Shown here: one piece after another, positions 1 to 7,982 of the stretch
How positions within the stretch are numbered: position 1 is the first letter of the stretch
Layout: every line of letters begins with the position of its first letter
NCBI GenBank assembly: GCA_963771355.1
Contig: CAVYTA010000006.1
Coordinates: 1,184,001-1,248,000, forward strand
Direction: 5' to 3'
From: an uncultured Candidatus Rokubacteria bacterium
GTDB taxonomy: Bacteria; Methylomirabilota; Methylomirabilia; Rokubacteriales; CSP1-6
DNA length: 64,000 bases
Translations under genes and position numbers: made by a program
Notes under the pieces: model-generated
Databases searched by the model: none
What the model saw: only the letters and a program-made list of their open reading frames with translations
What the model was told of the DNA's origin: nothing

Positions 1-927
1 GAAGGAGAGCATGGCCCCCATCACGCCCGCGGGCATGAGCCGCTTGGCGAGCCCATGCTGCGGGTGCGAGCCCAGCCCCGGATAGTAGACGCGCGCCACC
101 GCAGCATGCCGCTCGAGGTACTGCCCCAGTGCCAGCGCGGTGGCGGACTGGCGCTCCAGCCGCACCGCCAGCGTGCGCGCCCCGCGGGTGGCGAGCCAGG
201 CGTCGAAGGGACCCAGGTTGGTGCCGGCCCGGATCATGGCCGCGCGCAGCCGCTCCATCGGCTCCTTGCGTCCCAGCACCAGGCCCCCGGTGACGTCCCC
301 GTGCCCGGAGATGAACTTGGTGAGGCTGTGCATCACGACAGTGGCCCCGTGCTCGATGGGCCGCAGCACCGCCGGCGAGGCCATCGAGGAATCCACCACG
401 AGGTCGATGCCTCGCGGCGCCAGGGCCGCCGCCACCGCGGGCAGGTCGACCAGGCGAAGAAGCGGGTTGGAGATGGATTCCACGAACACCGCGCGCGTGG
501 CCGGGCGCAGGGCGCCCAGGATGGCCCCGGTGTCGGTGGCGTCCACGAAGGAGGTCTCCACCCCGAGCCGCCGGCCGTCTCCGGCGAGATAGGCCGCGGT
601 CGTCCCGTAGAGGTCGCGCGCGGCCACCACGTGATCGCCGGCGGACAGGAGCCCGAGCAGCCAGGCGGTGGTGGCGCCCATGCCGGAGGCGCAGGCCACC
701 GCGGCCTCGGCTCCCTCGAAGCTGGCCACCAGGTCTTCGAGCATGGTGTGGTTGCCGGTGCCGTAGCGGCCGTAGACATACCCGGCCGTCTTTCCCTCCC
801 ACACCGACTCCACCGTCTCCATGTCCTCGAACACGTAGACATTGGTCTGGTAGATGGGAGGCGTCAGCGGCCGGCTGGCGGAGGGAAGGTCCCGGCCTCC
901 CCGGGCGGCGATGGTGTCGAACTTCAC
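1..927 (-). CDS. Cys/Met metabolism PLP-dependent enzyme (cystathionine gamma-synthase/methionine gamma-lyase family), 3' end outside window
   Basis: GTG at 927 after GAGGAG. Translation MKFDTIAARGG...PIYQTNVY...YGRYG...ASGMGA...ESISNP...HSLTKFISGHGDV (PLP-Lys motif); frame open to window edge. Confidence 0.9.
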   Translation of the reverse strand, partial: MKFDTIAARGGRDLPSASRPLTPPIYQTNVYVFEDMETVESVWEGKTAGYVYGRYGTGNHTMLEDLVASFEGAEAAVACASGMGATTAWLLGLLSAGDHVVAARDLYGTTAAYLAGDGRRLGVETSFVDATDTGAILGALRPATRAVFVESISNPLLRLVDLPAVAAALAPRGIDLVVDSSMASPAVLRPIEHGATVVMHSLTKFISGHGDVTGGLVLGRKEPMERLRAAMIRAGTNLGPFDAWLATRGARTLAVRLERQSATALALGQYLERHAAVARVYYPGLGSHPQHGLAKRLMPAGVMGAMLSF

Positions 928-946
928 GACGGGCTCCTCCTCTCCC

Positions 947-2482
947 TCAGACCAGCGGCACCGCGAGCTCGGGCTCGCGCGGGGGACGGCTGCCGACCTG
1001 GCGGCCGAGCTCGCGAACAGACTCCGCGAGCCGGCGCACGCCTTCCTCGATCTGCGCCACCGGCACGGCGGAGAACGACAGCCGCAGGGCGCGCGCGCCG
1101 CCGCCATCGACGAAGAAGGCGCTGCCCGGCGTGAAGGTGACCCCGCGGGACTGCGCCCGCGGCAGCAGGGCGGCGGCGTCCATGCCCTCGGGCAGCGTGA
1201 GCAGCAGCGAGAAGCCGCCGCGAGTTTCCGTCCAGGTGGTGCCGGCCGGCATGAACCGCCGCAGGCTCTCGAGCAGCGCGTCGCGTCGCCGTCCGTACTC
1301 CTTGAGCGCCCGCGCCTGGTGGCGATCGAGGAGACGCCGCTGGCAGAAGTGGTAGACGGCGGCCTGGATGAGCGGGCTGGTGTGGATGTCGGCGAGCTGC
1401 TTGGCCATCTCGAGCCGCTCCACCAGCTCGGGCGGCGCGACGATCCAGCCCAGTCGCAATCCGGGGAACAGGATCTTGGAGAAGGTGCCGAGATAGACCA
1501 CGAGGCCCGCCGAGTCGAGCGCCTTCAGCGGCGCGGGTGGGCGCTCGCCGTAGAAGAGCGTGCCGTCGAAGCCGTCCTCCACGATGGGCAGCCGGTGACG
1601 GGCGGCCAGGTCGAGGAGTCGGCGCCGCGCGGGAAGCCCCATGGTCAGTCCGGTGGGATTGTGCGCGCTGGGCTGACAGTAGAGGAACTTGGGCTGCTGC
1701 CGCTCGAGCAGGCGCTCGAGCTGGCCCACGTCGAGACCGTCGGCATCCATGGGCACCGCGAGCAGCTCGGCCCCGAAGGAGCGGAACACCTGCATCGCCC
1801 GCGGATAGGACGGCCGCTCGATGGCCACGTAGTCCCCCGGATCGAGGAGCGTGCGCGCCACGAGGTCGAAGCCCTGCTGCGAGCCATTGACGATGAGGAT
1901 CTCTTCCGGCCGTGCCTCCACGCCGAAGCGGAGCAGATAGCTGGCCAGGTACTGGCGCAGCGGCGGATAGCCCGCGGGCGCGTAGTACTGGAGGAGCTCC
2001 CGCCCTTCCGCGCGGATCACGGCGTTGAGCACCCGGCGAAAGGCGTCGGTGGGGAAGAGCGTGCTGTCCGGCATGCCTCCCGCGAAGGAGATGAGCCCCG
2101 CCGAAGGCCGCGCGACCTGAGCGTGGGCCTGGCGGCGCATGTCGGCCCAGACCACCTGCGCCCGCTTGGAGAGGAGGCCGGCCCAGTCCAGTCTCGGCAT
2201 GGCGGCCGGCGCGGCCGGAGACCCCTGCGGCACGCGGTCCGCCACGAAGGTCCCCTGCCCGACATGGGCCCGCGCCCAGCCTGCCGCCACCAGCTCCTCG
2301 TAGGCCGTGGCCACCGTGGTCCGATTCACCCCGAGCTCGGTCGCTAGCTCGCGGGTCGCCGGCAGCTTGATCCCCGGCGCGAGCAGCCCCTGGGTGATGA
2401 GCCGCTCGATATGGCCCTGGATCTGCCGCGCCAGCGGTAGCCGACCCTCGCCTCCCGGGCTTCGGTCCAAAGGTATCTTCAT
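947..2482 (-). CDS. MocR/GntR-family PLP-dependent transcriptional regulator
   Basis: N-terminal wHTH (KLPATRELATELGVNRTTVATAYEEL) plus aminotransferase domain (GTFSKILFPGLRLGW). ATG at 2482 after GGTGAGG. Confidence 0.93.
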   Translation of the reverse strand: MKIPLDRSPGGEGRLPLARQIQGHIERLITQGLLAPGIKLPATRELATELGVNRTTVATAYEELVAAGWARAHVGQGTFVADRVPQGSPAAPAAMPRLDWAGLLSKRAQVVWADMRRQAHAQVARPSAGLISFAGGMPDSTLFPTDAFRRVLNAVIRAEGRELLQYYAPAGYPPLRQYLASYLLRFGVEARPEEILIVNGSQQGFDLVARTLLDPGDYVAIERPSYPRAMQVFRSFGAELLAVPMDADGLDVGQLERLLERQQPKFLYCQPSAHNPTGLTMGLPARRRLLDLAARHRLPIVEDGFDGTLFYGERPPAPLKALDSAGLVVYLGTFSKILFPGLRLGWIVAPPELVERLEMAKQLADIHTSPLIQAAVYHFCQRRLLDRHQARALKEYGRRRDALLESLRRFMPAGTTWTETRGGFSLLLTLPEGMDAAALLPRAQSRGVTFTPGSAFFVDGGGARALRLSFSAVPVAQIEEGVRRLAESVRELGRQVGSRPPREPELAVPLV

Positions 2483-2509
2483 CGCCTCACCATCAGCCAT
2501 TTTCATCAC

Positions 2510-2560
2510 AATCTGACCACTGTAAAGGGCCAATTGGAGGAATCCCAAGCCATCCAATAG
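2510..2560. promoter_or_regulatory. AT-rich divergent promoter region with TGG/CCA repeats, candidate MocR operator
   Basis: Minus strand reads ATTGGATG...CCAATTGGCCCTTTACAGTGGTCAG, resembling the repeat arrays upstream of MocR-family genes. Confidence 0.45.
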
Positions 2561-2639
2561 CCGGGGGGGTGGGGGCGTGGTATGATCCGGGCTCGTCGCG
2601 GCCGGACCCCACTCCGGCCCCCGAAAGGGACCGCAAGCC

Positions 2640-3371
2640 ATGCCCGGTCTGGTGGTGCTCGAATCCATGTGGAACCGCAAGGGCCGTCTCCTCGAAGACG
2701 AGCCCTCGGTGTTTCCGTATCTCAAGGCCATACGGCAGTCCCTGGCCTGGGAAGGGATCCGGGTCAACCTGGTCTATCGCCGCTTCTACAGCAGCTATGA
2801 CCTGGGCCTCCTCCTGGAAGAGGCGCGCCGGAAGCGGAGCTTCCAGGTCTGCTACATCGCCTCTCACGGTCAGCGGCGGAAGCTGGTGGGCATCGGCAAC
2901 CGGGTGATTCGACTCGAGACACTGGTGGATCACTGCCGGCCCAGCCCGAACCTCGGCTACATCTTCGGCGCCTGCGACTTCGTGGATCCCGACACCGCGA
3001 GCAACTTCCTCCAGGCCACCGGCGCCCGCTTCGTGGCCGGATACCAGAAGCCCATTCCCTGGACGGAGTCCATGCTGGTGGACTGCCTGTTCCTTTCCTA
3101 CCTCCTCGGGGGCACCATGAAGTGGATTCGCACCAAGCACGGCGAGCGCATCCCGCCCCTGCGGGAAAAGGAGGACTTCGAGATCACGCGCTCGGCGAAC
3201 CCTCAGAAAGTCACCGGGCAGCTCTACCGGGACTTTCCCCTCGCCCACGACATCACCTTCTCGCTGTTCACGCTGAACCGCCGGCGGGGACAGGCGCCCG
3301 AGGTGCTGAACTCGTTCGACGCGTACCGTCGTCGGGTGGACCGGGCGCGGCGGCTGGTGCGGGACCTCTAG
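2640..3371 (+). CDS. DUF6642-like protein, caspase/CHAT-like fold
   Basis: LESMW...YIASHG...YIFGAC...TGARFVAGY...PW pattern recalled for DUF6642; His-Gly and Cys at caspase-like spacing. Confidence 0.65.
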   Translation: MPGLVVLESMWNRKGRLLEDEPSVFPYLKAIRQSLAWEGIRVNLVYRRFYSSYDLGLLLEEARRKRSFQVCYIASHGQRRKLVGIGNRVIRLETLVDHCRPSPNLGYIFGACDFVDPDTASNFLQATGARFVAGYQKPIPWTESMLVDCLFLSYLLGGTMKWIRTKHGERIPPLREKEDFEITRSANPQKVTGQLYRDFPLAHDITFSLFTLNRRRGQAPEVLNSFDAYRRRVDRARRLVRDL

Positions 3372-3380
3372 GACGCGCGG

Positions 3381-3560
3381 ATGGCCGTCGGTGAGCCGCC
3401 CCTGAAGGCCGCGATCAAGTGGATCGACGAGCAGTTCCGGGACAACCCGGGCGCCGACCGCGTCAAGCTGCTGGACGAGGCGGCCCGGCGGTTCGACCTG
3501 TCGCCCCTGGAGGAGGACTTCCTCCTGCGGCACCTCGCCGGCCAGCCGGGCCGCCCGTGA
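3381..3560 (+). CDS. Small conserved-looking hypothetical protein (59 aa, missed by ORF track)
   Basis: MAVGEPPLKAAIKWIDEQFRDNPGADRVKLLDEAARRFDLSPLEEDFLLRHLAGQPGRP; stop overlaps next GTG start (GTGA). Confidence 0.75.
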   Translation: MAVGEPPLKAAIKWIDEQFRDNPGADRVKLLDEAARRFDLSPLEEDFLLRHLAGQPGRP

Positions 3561-4333
3561 CCGACGCGCAGAAGGCGCGGGTACGCGAGCAGTTCGGCGA
3601 GAGCGCCGCCGCCTATGTCCAGAGCCCGGGCCACGCGGGCGGGCCCGACCTCGATGCCCTCATCGCGTGGGGCCGCGCGCGCGGCGCCCGCCGGGTGCTC
3701 GACGTCGCCACCGGCGGTGGCCATACCGCGGCCGCCTTCGGCGCCTTCTCGCCCAGCGTGATCGCCACCGATCTCACCGAGCCCATGCTGCAAGCGGCCC
3801 GCGCGCACGCCGCCACGCGAGGCCTCGCCGCTCTCCGCTTCCTGGCCGCCGATGCGGAGGCGCTCCCGTTCCGCGGGGGGAGCTTCGGCGTGGTGACATG
3901 CCGCATCGCCGCCCACCACTTCCCCGCGTTACTTCCGCCTCTCAGAGAAGTCGCCCGCGTGCTCGCGGCGGGGGGCGCCTTCCTCGTGGAGGACATCCTC
4001 GGCCACGAGGATCGTGAGTGCGCGGCGTTCATCACCGAGGTGGAGCGGCGCCGCGATCCCTCCCACGTGCGCGCCTACTCTCACCGCGAGTGGGTGGCGT
4101 TTCTCCGGGCGGCGGGGCTGACGGTGATCGACGAGAAAGTCCTGGAGAAGTCACGGCCCTGGGACGAATGGACCGCGCGCATGCGGATGACGCCGGCCGC
4201 CCGTGCGGAGCTGGAGCGCTTCGTGCTGGGCGCGCCCGCGCACTGCCGCGAGGCCTTCGCCTTCCACGTCCAGGACGGGCGGATCGCGTCCTTTGCCGAC
4301 CGGCTGCTGTTGCTCCGGGCCGATCGCGACTAG
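3557..4333 (+). CDS. Class I SAM-dependent methyltransferase (YafE/UbiE-like)
   Basis: VLDVATGGGHT motif I, DAEALPF, CRIAAHHF, RDPSHVR. Confidence 0.9.
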   Translation: MTDAQKARVREQFGESAAAYVQSPGHAGGPDLDALIAWGRARGARRVLDVATGGGHTAAAFGAFSPSVIATDLTEPMLQAARAHAATRGLAALRFLAADAEALPFRGGSFGVVTCRIAAHHFPALLPPLREVARVLAAGGAFLVEDILGHEDRECAAFITEVERRRDPSHVRAYSHREWVAFLRAAGLTVIDEKVLEKSRPWDEWTARMRMTPAARAELERFVLGAPAHCREAFAFHVQDGRIASFADRLLLLRADRD

Positions 4334-4495
4334 TCCCCCGCTACCCGATCCGCGTGTAAGTTCGCCGCGCCGCGCGAAGATCTTACCTCTGCCTTTCGCC
4401 TCACCTACCGGTGCGCCCTACGGACAGTCCTCGCGACGCGCGTATTCGTGCGGCCTTGCGCTGACGGCCGCCGGCCCTTGCGGTCGGCCCGACGC

Positions 4496-4510
4496 TGGCA
4501 AGTGCATTGC
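4496..4510 (+). promoter_or_regulatory. Putative sigma-54 (-24/-12) promoter
   Basis: TGGCAAGTGCATTGC gives GG-N10-GC, in a 250 bp intergenic region upstream of the 4587 gene. Confidence 0.55.
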
Positions 4511-4586
4511 GTGTGCTCGAGAGTGGGCGCGCGCCCTCCGGAGCCGCGCGCCGTGATGCGCACTCGCACACAAGGAGGACCGGCAC

Positions 4587-4859
4587 ATGGTCAAGCTCAT
4601 CGGGGGAGCCCTGGCGGGGATGCTGATGGGCACGGTGCTGCTGGCGGGCGTCGCGAGGGCGGGAGAGGTCGAGGGCAAGATCAAGTCCGTCGATCCCGCC
4701 ACCCGGTCCATCACGCTCGAGAACGGGACCCAGCTCATGATCCCGATCGGGGCGGTGGTGGATGATCACCGACTGCTGCAGCCGGGCGCCGAGATTCGCG
4801 CGAGCTTCGAGGAGAAGGACGGCCAGAAGATCGTGATAACGCTCGAGCCCGCCCGCTAA
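4587..4859 (+). CDS. Secreted DUF1344-like small OB-fold protein
   Basis: AGGAGG RBS, signal peptide, GKIKSVDPATRSITLENG. Confidence 0.75.
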   Translation: MVKLIGGALAGMLMGTVLLAGVARAGEVEGKIKSVDPATRSITLENGTQLMIPIGAVVDDHRLLQPGAEIRASFEEKDGQKIVITLEPAR

Positions 4860-4924
4860 AAGGCCGGCTCGTTCATCTCTGCCGCGGCGGAAGTCCGGAG
4901 CGGGGACTCCGGGCCGCCGTCGCC

Positions 4925-5281
4925 CTATCCAGGCGATCCGCGGAGGATCACCACGGTGGCGCCCCAGCCGCCGCGCTCGGCCGGCGCGTCCTGGAATGCC
5001 GCCACCAGCGGATGCCCCTGCAGCAGCGTGCGCACCGCCTGGCGCTGCACGCCGATTCCCCGCCCGTGAATGAGCCGCACTTCGCGGAACCCGCGCTGCG
5101 CCGCCACCCGCAGGTATTCGTCCACCACCGAGCGTACGTCGCGCGGCGCGAACGCGTGGAGGTCGAGCGCGTCCTCGATCGGGATCTGGACGGGCGGAGG
5201 TTCGTTGGGTGGAGGGGCGGGGGGCGAAGGCGTGGGGGACGGAGGGGGTCCGGGCGGTGGCTCGGGGGGCCCCGGCGTCAC
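4925..5281 (-). CDS. Smr/MutS2 domain protein
   Basis: LDLHAF...VRLIHGRGIG...GGWGATVV; Pro-rich N-terminus; GTG start overlaps amidase stop. Confidence 0.88.
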   Translation of the reverse strand: MTPGPPEPPPGPPPSPTPSPPAPPPNEPPPVQIPIEDALDLHAFAPRDVRSVVDEYLRVAAQRGFREVRLIHGRGIGVQRQAVRTLLQGHPLVAAFQDAPAERGGWGATVVILRGSPG

Positions 5282-6711
5282 GCGGCAGCGGCGGGCGGGT
5301 CGATGGGAGGCCGGCGGCGGTGCCAGTCCGTCGCCCGCTGATAGGCGTCGGCGACCCGGAGAACGGTGGCCTCGTCGAACGGCCGACCCACGATCTGCAG
5401 CCCCACCGGCAGCCCCCCCGCCGTGAAACCGCACGGGATGGAGGCCGCGGGATGCCCGGACAGGTTGAACACCCGCGTGAACCGGATCAGGCTCGCGCGC
5501 ACCGACACCTTGTCCTGCCCCACCGCGATCTCGCTCTGGCCGACGGCGGTGGCCACCAGCGGAGTGGTGGCGCAGACCAGGACGTCCGCGCTGCCCAGCG
5601 CGGCGTTCACCTCGTCACGGATTCGCGCGCGCGCGCGCTGGCCCTTGAGGTAGTCGCTGCCCGAGACGAAGGCCCCCACGCGCAGCCGCTCCCGCACGTC
5701 GTCGCCGTACTCTTGCGGACGCTCCTTGAGCCAGGCTTCGTGGTAAGCATAGGCCTCGGACCCGATCACCGCGGAGGAGGCACCCGCGGCGTACTTCACG
5801 GTGGCGAGGTTCACTTCCTGCGCGGTCGCGCCCAGCCCCTCCAGCACCTTCAGCGCCTCGTCCACCGCCTGGCGCAGCACCACCCCGGTGGACTCGAGGA
5901 AGAAGGCGCGCAGCACGCCGATCCGGAGCCCCTTCACGTCCCCGGTGAGGGCGGCGGCGTAGTCGGGCACCGGCAGCACGCTGGTGGACGGATCGCGCGG
6001 GTCGTAGCCGGCGATGGCGTTCAGCATGAGGGCGCAGTCCGCGGCGCTCCGGCACATGGGTCCCACGTGATCCATGGACCAGGCCAGGGGCAGCACGCCG
6101 GCGCGGCTCACCCGGCCGTAGGTGGGCTTGATGCCGCTGAGCCCGCACAGCGCGCACGGGATGCGGATGGAGCCGCCGGTGTCGGAGCCGAGCGTGCCCG
6201 CGCAGAGGCCGGCCGCCACCGCCGAGCCCGAGCCCGAGGAGGAGCCGCCGCAGATCCGGTGCGTGTTGGCGTCCCACGGGTTCCAGGCGTTGCCGTAGTG
6301 CTGGTTCAACCCCTCCGGCCCGAAGGCGAACTCATGCATGTTCAGCTTGCCGAGGCTCACCGCCCCCGCGCCGGCGAGACGGGTGACCACGCTGGCGTCC
6401 GCCTCCGGCACCCAGTCGGCGAGGATGCGCGAGCCGCCGGTGGTACGCACCCCCCGGGTGCAGTAGAGGTCTTTCAGCGCCAGCGGCACCCCGTGCAGCG
6501 GGCCCAGGCGCTCGCCGCTCATCACCGCGGACTCGGCGGCCTTGGCGGCGGCGAGTGCGCTCTCCGCGGTCACGGTGATGAAGGCCCTGAGCTTGGGATC
6601 GAGCGCGGCGATACGGTCGAGGTGCGCCTGCACGACCTCGACGGGCGAGACCTCCTTGGCCGCGATCGCGCGCGCGAGGTCACCGATGGACCGCCAGACG
6701 AGATCGCTCAC
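5278..6711 (-). CDS. Amidase signature family enzyme (GatA/AtzE-like)
   Basis: ALKDL, GGSSSGS, GSDTGGSIR (Lys-cisSer-Ser triad). Confidence 0.93.
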   Translation of the reverse strand: MSDLVWRSIGDLARAIAAKEVSPVEVVQAHLDRIAALDPKLRAFITVTAESALAAAKAAESAVMSGERLGPLHGVPLALKDLYCTRGVRTTGGSRILADWVPEADASVVTRLAGAGAVSLGKLNMHEFAFGPEGLNQHYGNAWNPWDANTHRICGGSSSGSGSAVAAGLCAGTLGSDTGGSIRIPCALCGLSGIKPTYGRVSRAGVLPLAWSMDHVGPMCRSAADCALMLNAIAGYDPRDPSTSVLPVPDYAAALTGDVKGLRIGVLRAFFLESTGVVLRQAVDEALKVLEGLGATAQEVNLATVKYAAGASSAVIGSEAYAYHEAWLKERPQEYGDDVRERLRVGAFVSGSDYLKGQRARARIRDEVNAALGSADVLVCATTPLVATAVGQSEIAVGQDKVSVRASLIRFTRVFNLSGHPAASIPCGFTAGGLPVGLQIVGRPFDEATVLRVADAYQRATDWHRRRPPIDPPAAAA

Positions 6712-6721
6712 GGGAGGGTCC

Positions 6722-6901
6722 TCACAGGATATGGAAGTGGCTGGCCGGCTCGTCGTCGCGCGCCAGGAGCGCATCCAGCCCGCCGATCATGCCGCGGCCC
6801 GCCTCCACGAGGGGGAGCAGGCCGGCCAGCTCTCTCTCGGTCAAGTCCAGCCCACGTTCGCGCGCCAGCGCGCCCAATGTCTCCAGGGTGAGCGGTTCCA
6901 T
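6722..6901 (-). CDS. Small GatC/AtzG-like amidase partner protein
   Basis: 59 aa MEPLTLETLGALARERGLDL...DDEPASHFHIL immediately upstream of the amidase. Confidence 0.65.
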   Translation of the reverse strand: MEPLTLETLGALARERGLDLTERELAGLLPLVEAGRGMIGGLDALLARDDEPASHFHIL

Positions 6902-6964
6902 GGCGAGAGAATAGCGGCTCGCCCCCGCATTGACAAGCTTCGGGACGCGGCGATAATGCCCCAC

Positions 6965-7390
6965 ATGCCCGTCCCCGTGCCCGCCGTCGACGAGATCACG
7001 GACTGGATCAGCCGCTTCCAGGCGGCGGTGCGGGCGCGCGACTTTGCCACCGGCCGCGCGCTCTTCGCCCCCGACGCGGTGGCGTTCGGCACCTTTGCCG
7101 CCGCCGTCTCCGGCCTCGACAACATCGAGCGCGAGCAGTGGCGGCAGATCTGGCCGCGCATCCGCGACTTCAGCCTCGACCGGAACGCCACCGTCCGGAC
7201 CGCCGGCGACGCGGCCTGGATCGCCGCGGGCTGGAGCTCCGAGGCCATCGCGCCGGACGGACGGCCCTTCCGCCGGCCCGGGCGCGCCACCTTCGTGCTG
7301 GAGCGCCGCGACGGCCGCTGGCTCGCGGTGCACAGCCACGTCTCGCTGCTGCCCAGCCAGTCCGACGAGGTCCACGGCCGGCGGGCCTAG
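6965..7390 (+). CDS. NTF2/SnoaL-like protein
   Basis: GRATFVLERRDGRWLAVHSHVS; TTGACA-16-GATAAT promoter 7 nt upstream of ATG. Confidence 0.85.
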   Translation: MPVPVPAVDEITDWISRFQAAVRARDFATGRALFAPDAVAFGTFAAAVSGLDNIEREQWRQIWPRIRDFSLDRNATVRTAGDAAWIAAGWSSEAIAPDGRPFRRPGRATFVLERRDGRWLAVHSHVSLLPSQSDEVHGRRA

Positions 7391-7398
7391 GGAGCGGG

Positions 7399-7971
7399 CT
7401 AGCGAAGCTGACGGTAGCGGAAGCAGCTCACGAGGTGGTCGTTGACCATCCCGGTGGCCTGCATGAAGGCGTAGCAGATCGTCGAGCCCACGAACTTGAA
7501 TCCCCGGGCGCGGAGATCCCGGCTCATGGCGTCCGACTGCGCGGTCCGGGCGGGCACCTGACCGGGCGAGCGCCAGGCGTTCCGGCGCGGCCGCCCGTCC
7601 ACGAATTGCCAGACGTACGCGGCGAAGGACCCGTACTCCTCCTTGACGAGCAGGAACGCGCGCGCGTTGGTGACGGCGGCGGCGACCTTGAGGCGGTTCC
7701 GCACGATACCGGGATCGGCGAGCAGCCGGCGCACCTTGCGCGCGTCGTAGCGGGCGATGCGGCGGGCGTCGAAGCGATCGAAGGCGGCGCGGTAGGCGCG
7801 CCGCTTGTTGAGGATGGTCTCCCAGGAAAGGCCGGCCTGCGCGCCCTCGAGGATGAGCATCTCGAAGAGACGCCGGTCGTCACGGAGGGGCACGCCCCAC
7901 TCCGCGTCGTGATAGGCGGTGTGGGGCGGGCGCCCCGCCCAGTGGCAGCGGCGGCGCCCGTCCCGTTTCAC
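7399..7971 (-). CDS. tag: DNA-3-methyladenine glycosylase I
   Basis: YHDAEWG, LEGAQAGLSW, IVRNRLK, GFKFVGSTICYAFMQATGMVNDHLVSC. Confidence 0.95.
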   Translation of the reverse strand: MKRDGRRRCHWAGRPPHTAYHDAEWGVPLRDDRRLFEMLILEGAQAGLSWETILNKRRAYRAAFDRFDARRIARYDARKVRRLLADPGIVRNRLKVAAAVTNARAFLLVKEEYGSFAAYVWQFVDGRPRRNAWRSPGQVPARTAQSDAMSRDLRARGFKFVGSTICYAFMQATGMVNDHLVSCFRYRQLR

Positions 7972-7982
7972 GACGCGTCCGG

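Noticed and set aside
55..2347. Long plus-strand ORFs (55..1134, 854..2347) and similar shadow ORFs throughout, e.g. 11573..13900, 15427..18108, 47225..49519
   Set aside because: Antisense or alternate-frame shadows of recognisable genes in high-GC DNA; Arg/Pro/Gly-rich with no motifs.
5195..5275. G-rich run as a G-quadruplex or repeat element
   Set aside because: Explained by the Pro-rich N-terminus of the minus-strand Smr gene.
5278..6711. gatA of the GatCAB amidotransferase
   Set aside because: No gatB nearby and a generic amidase sequence; symbol withheld.
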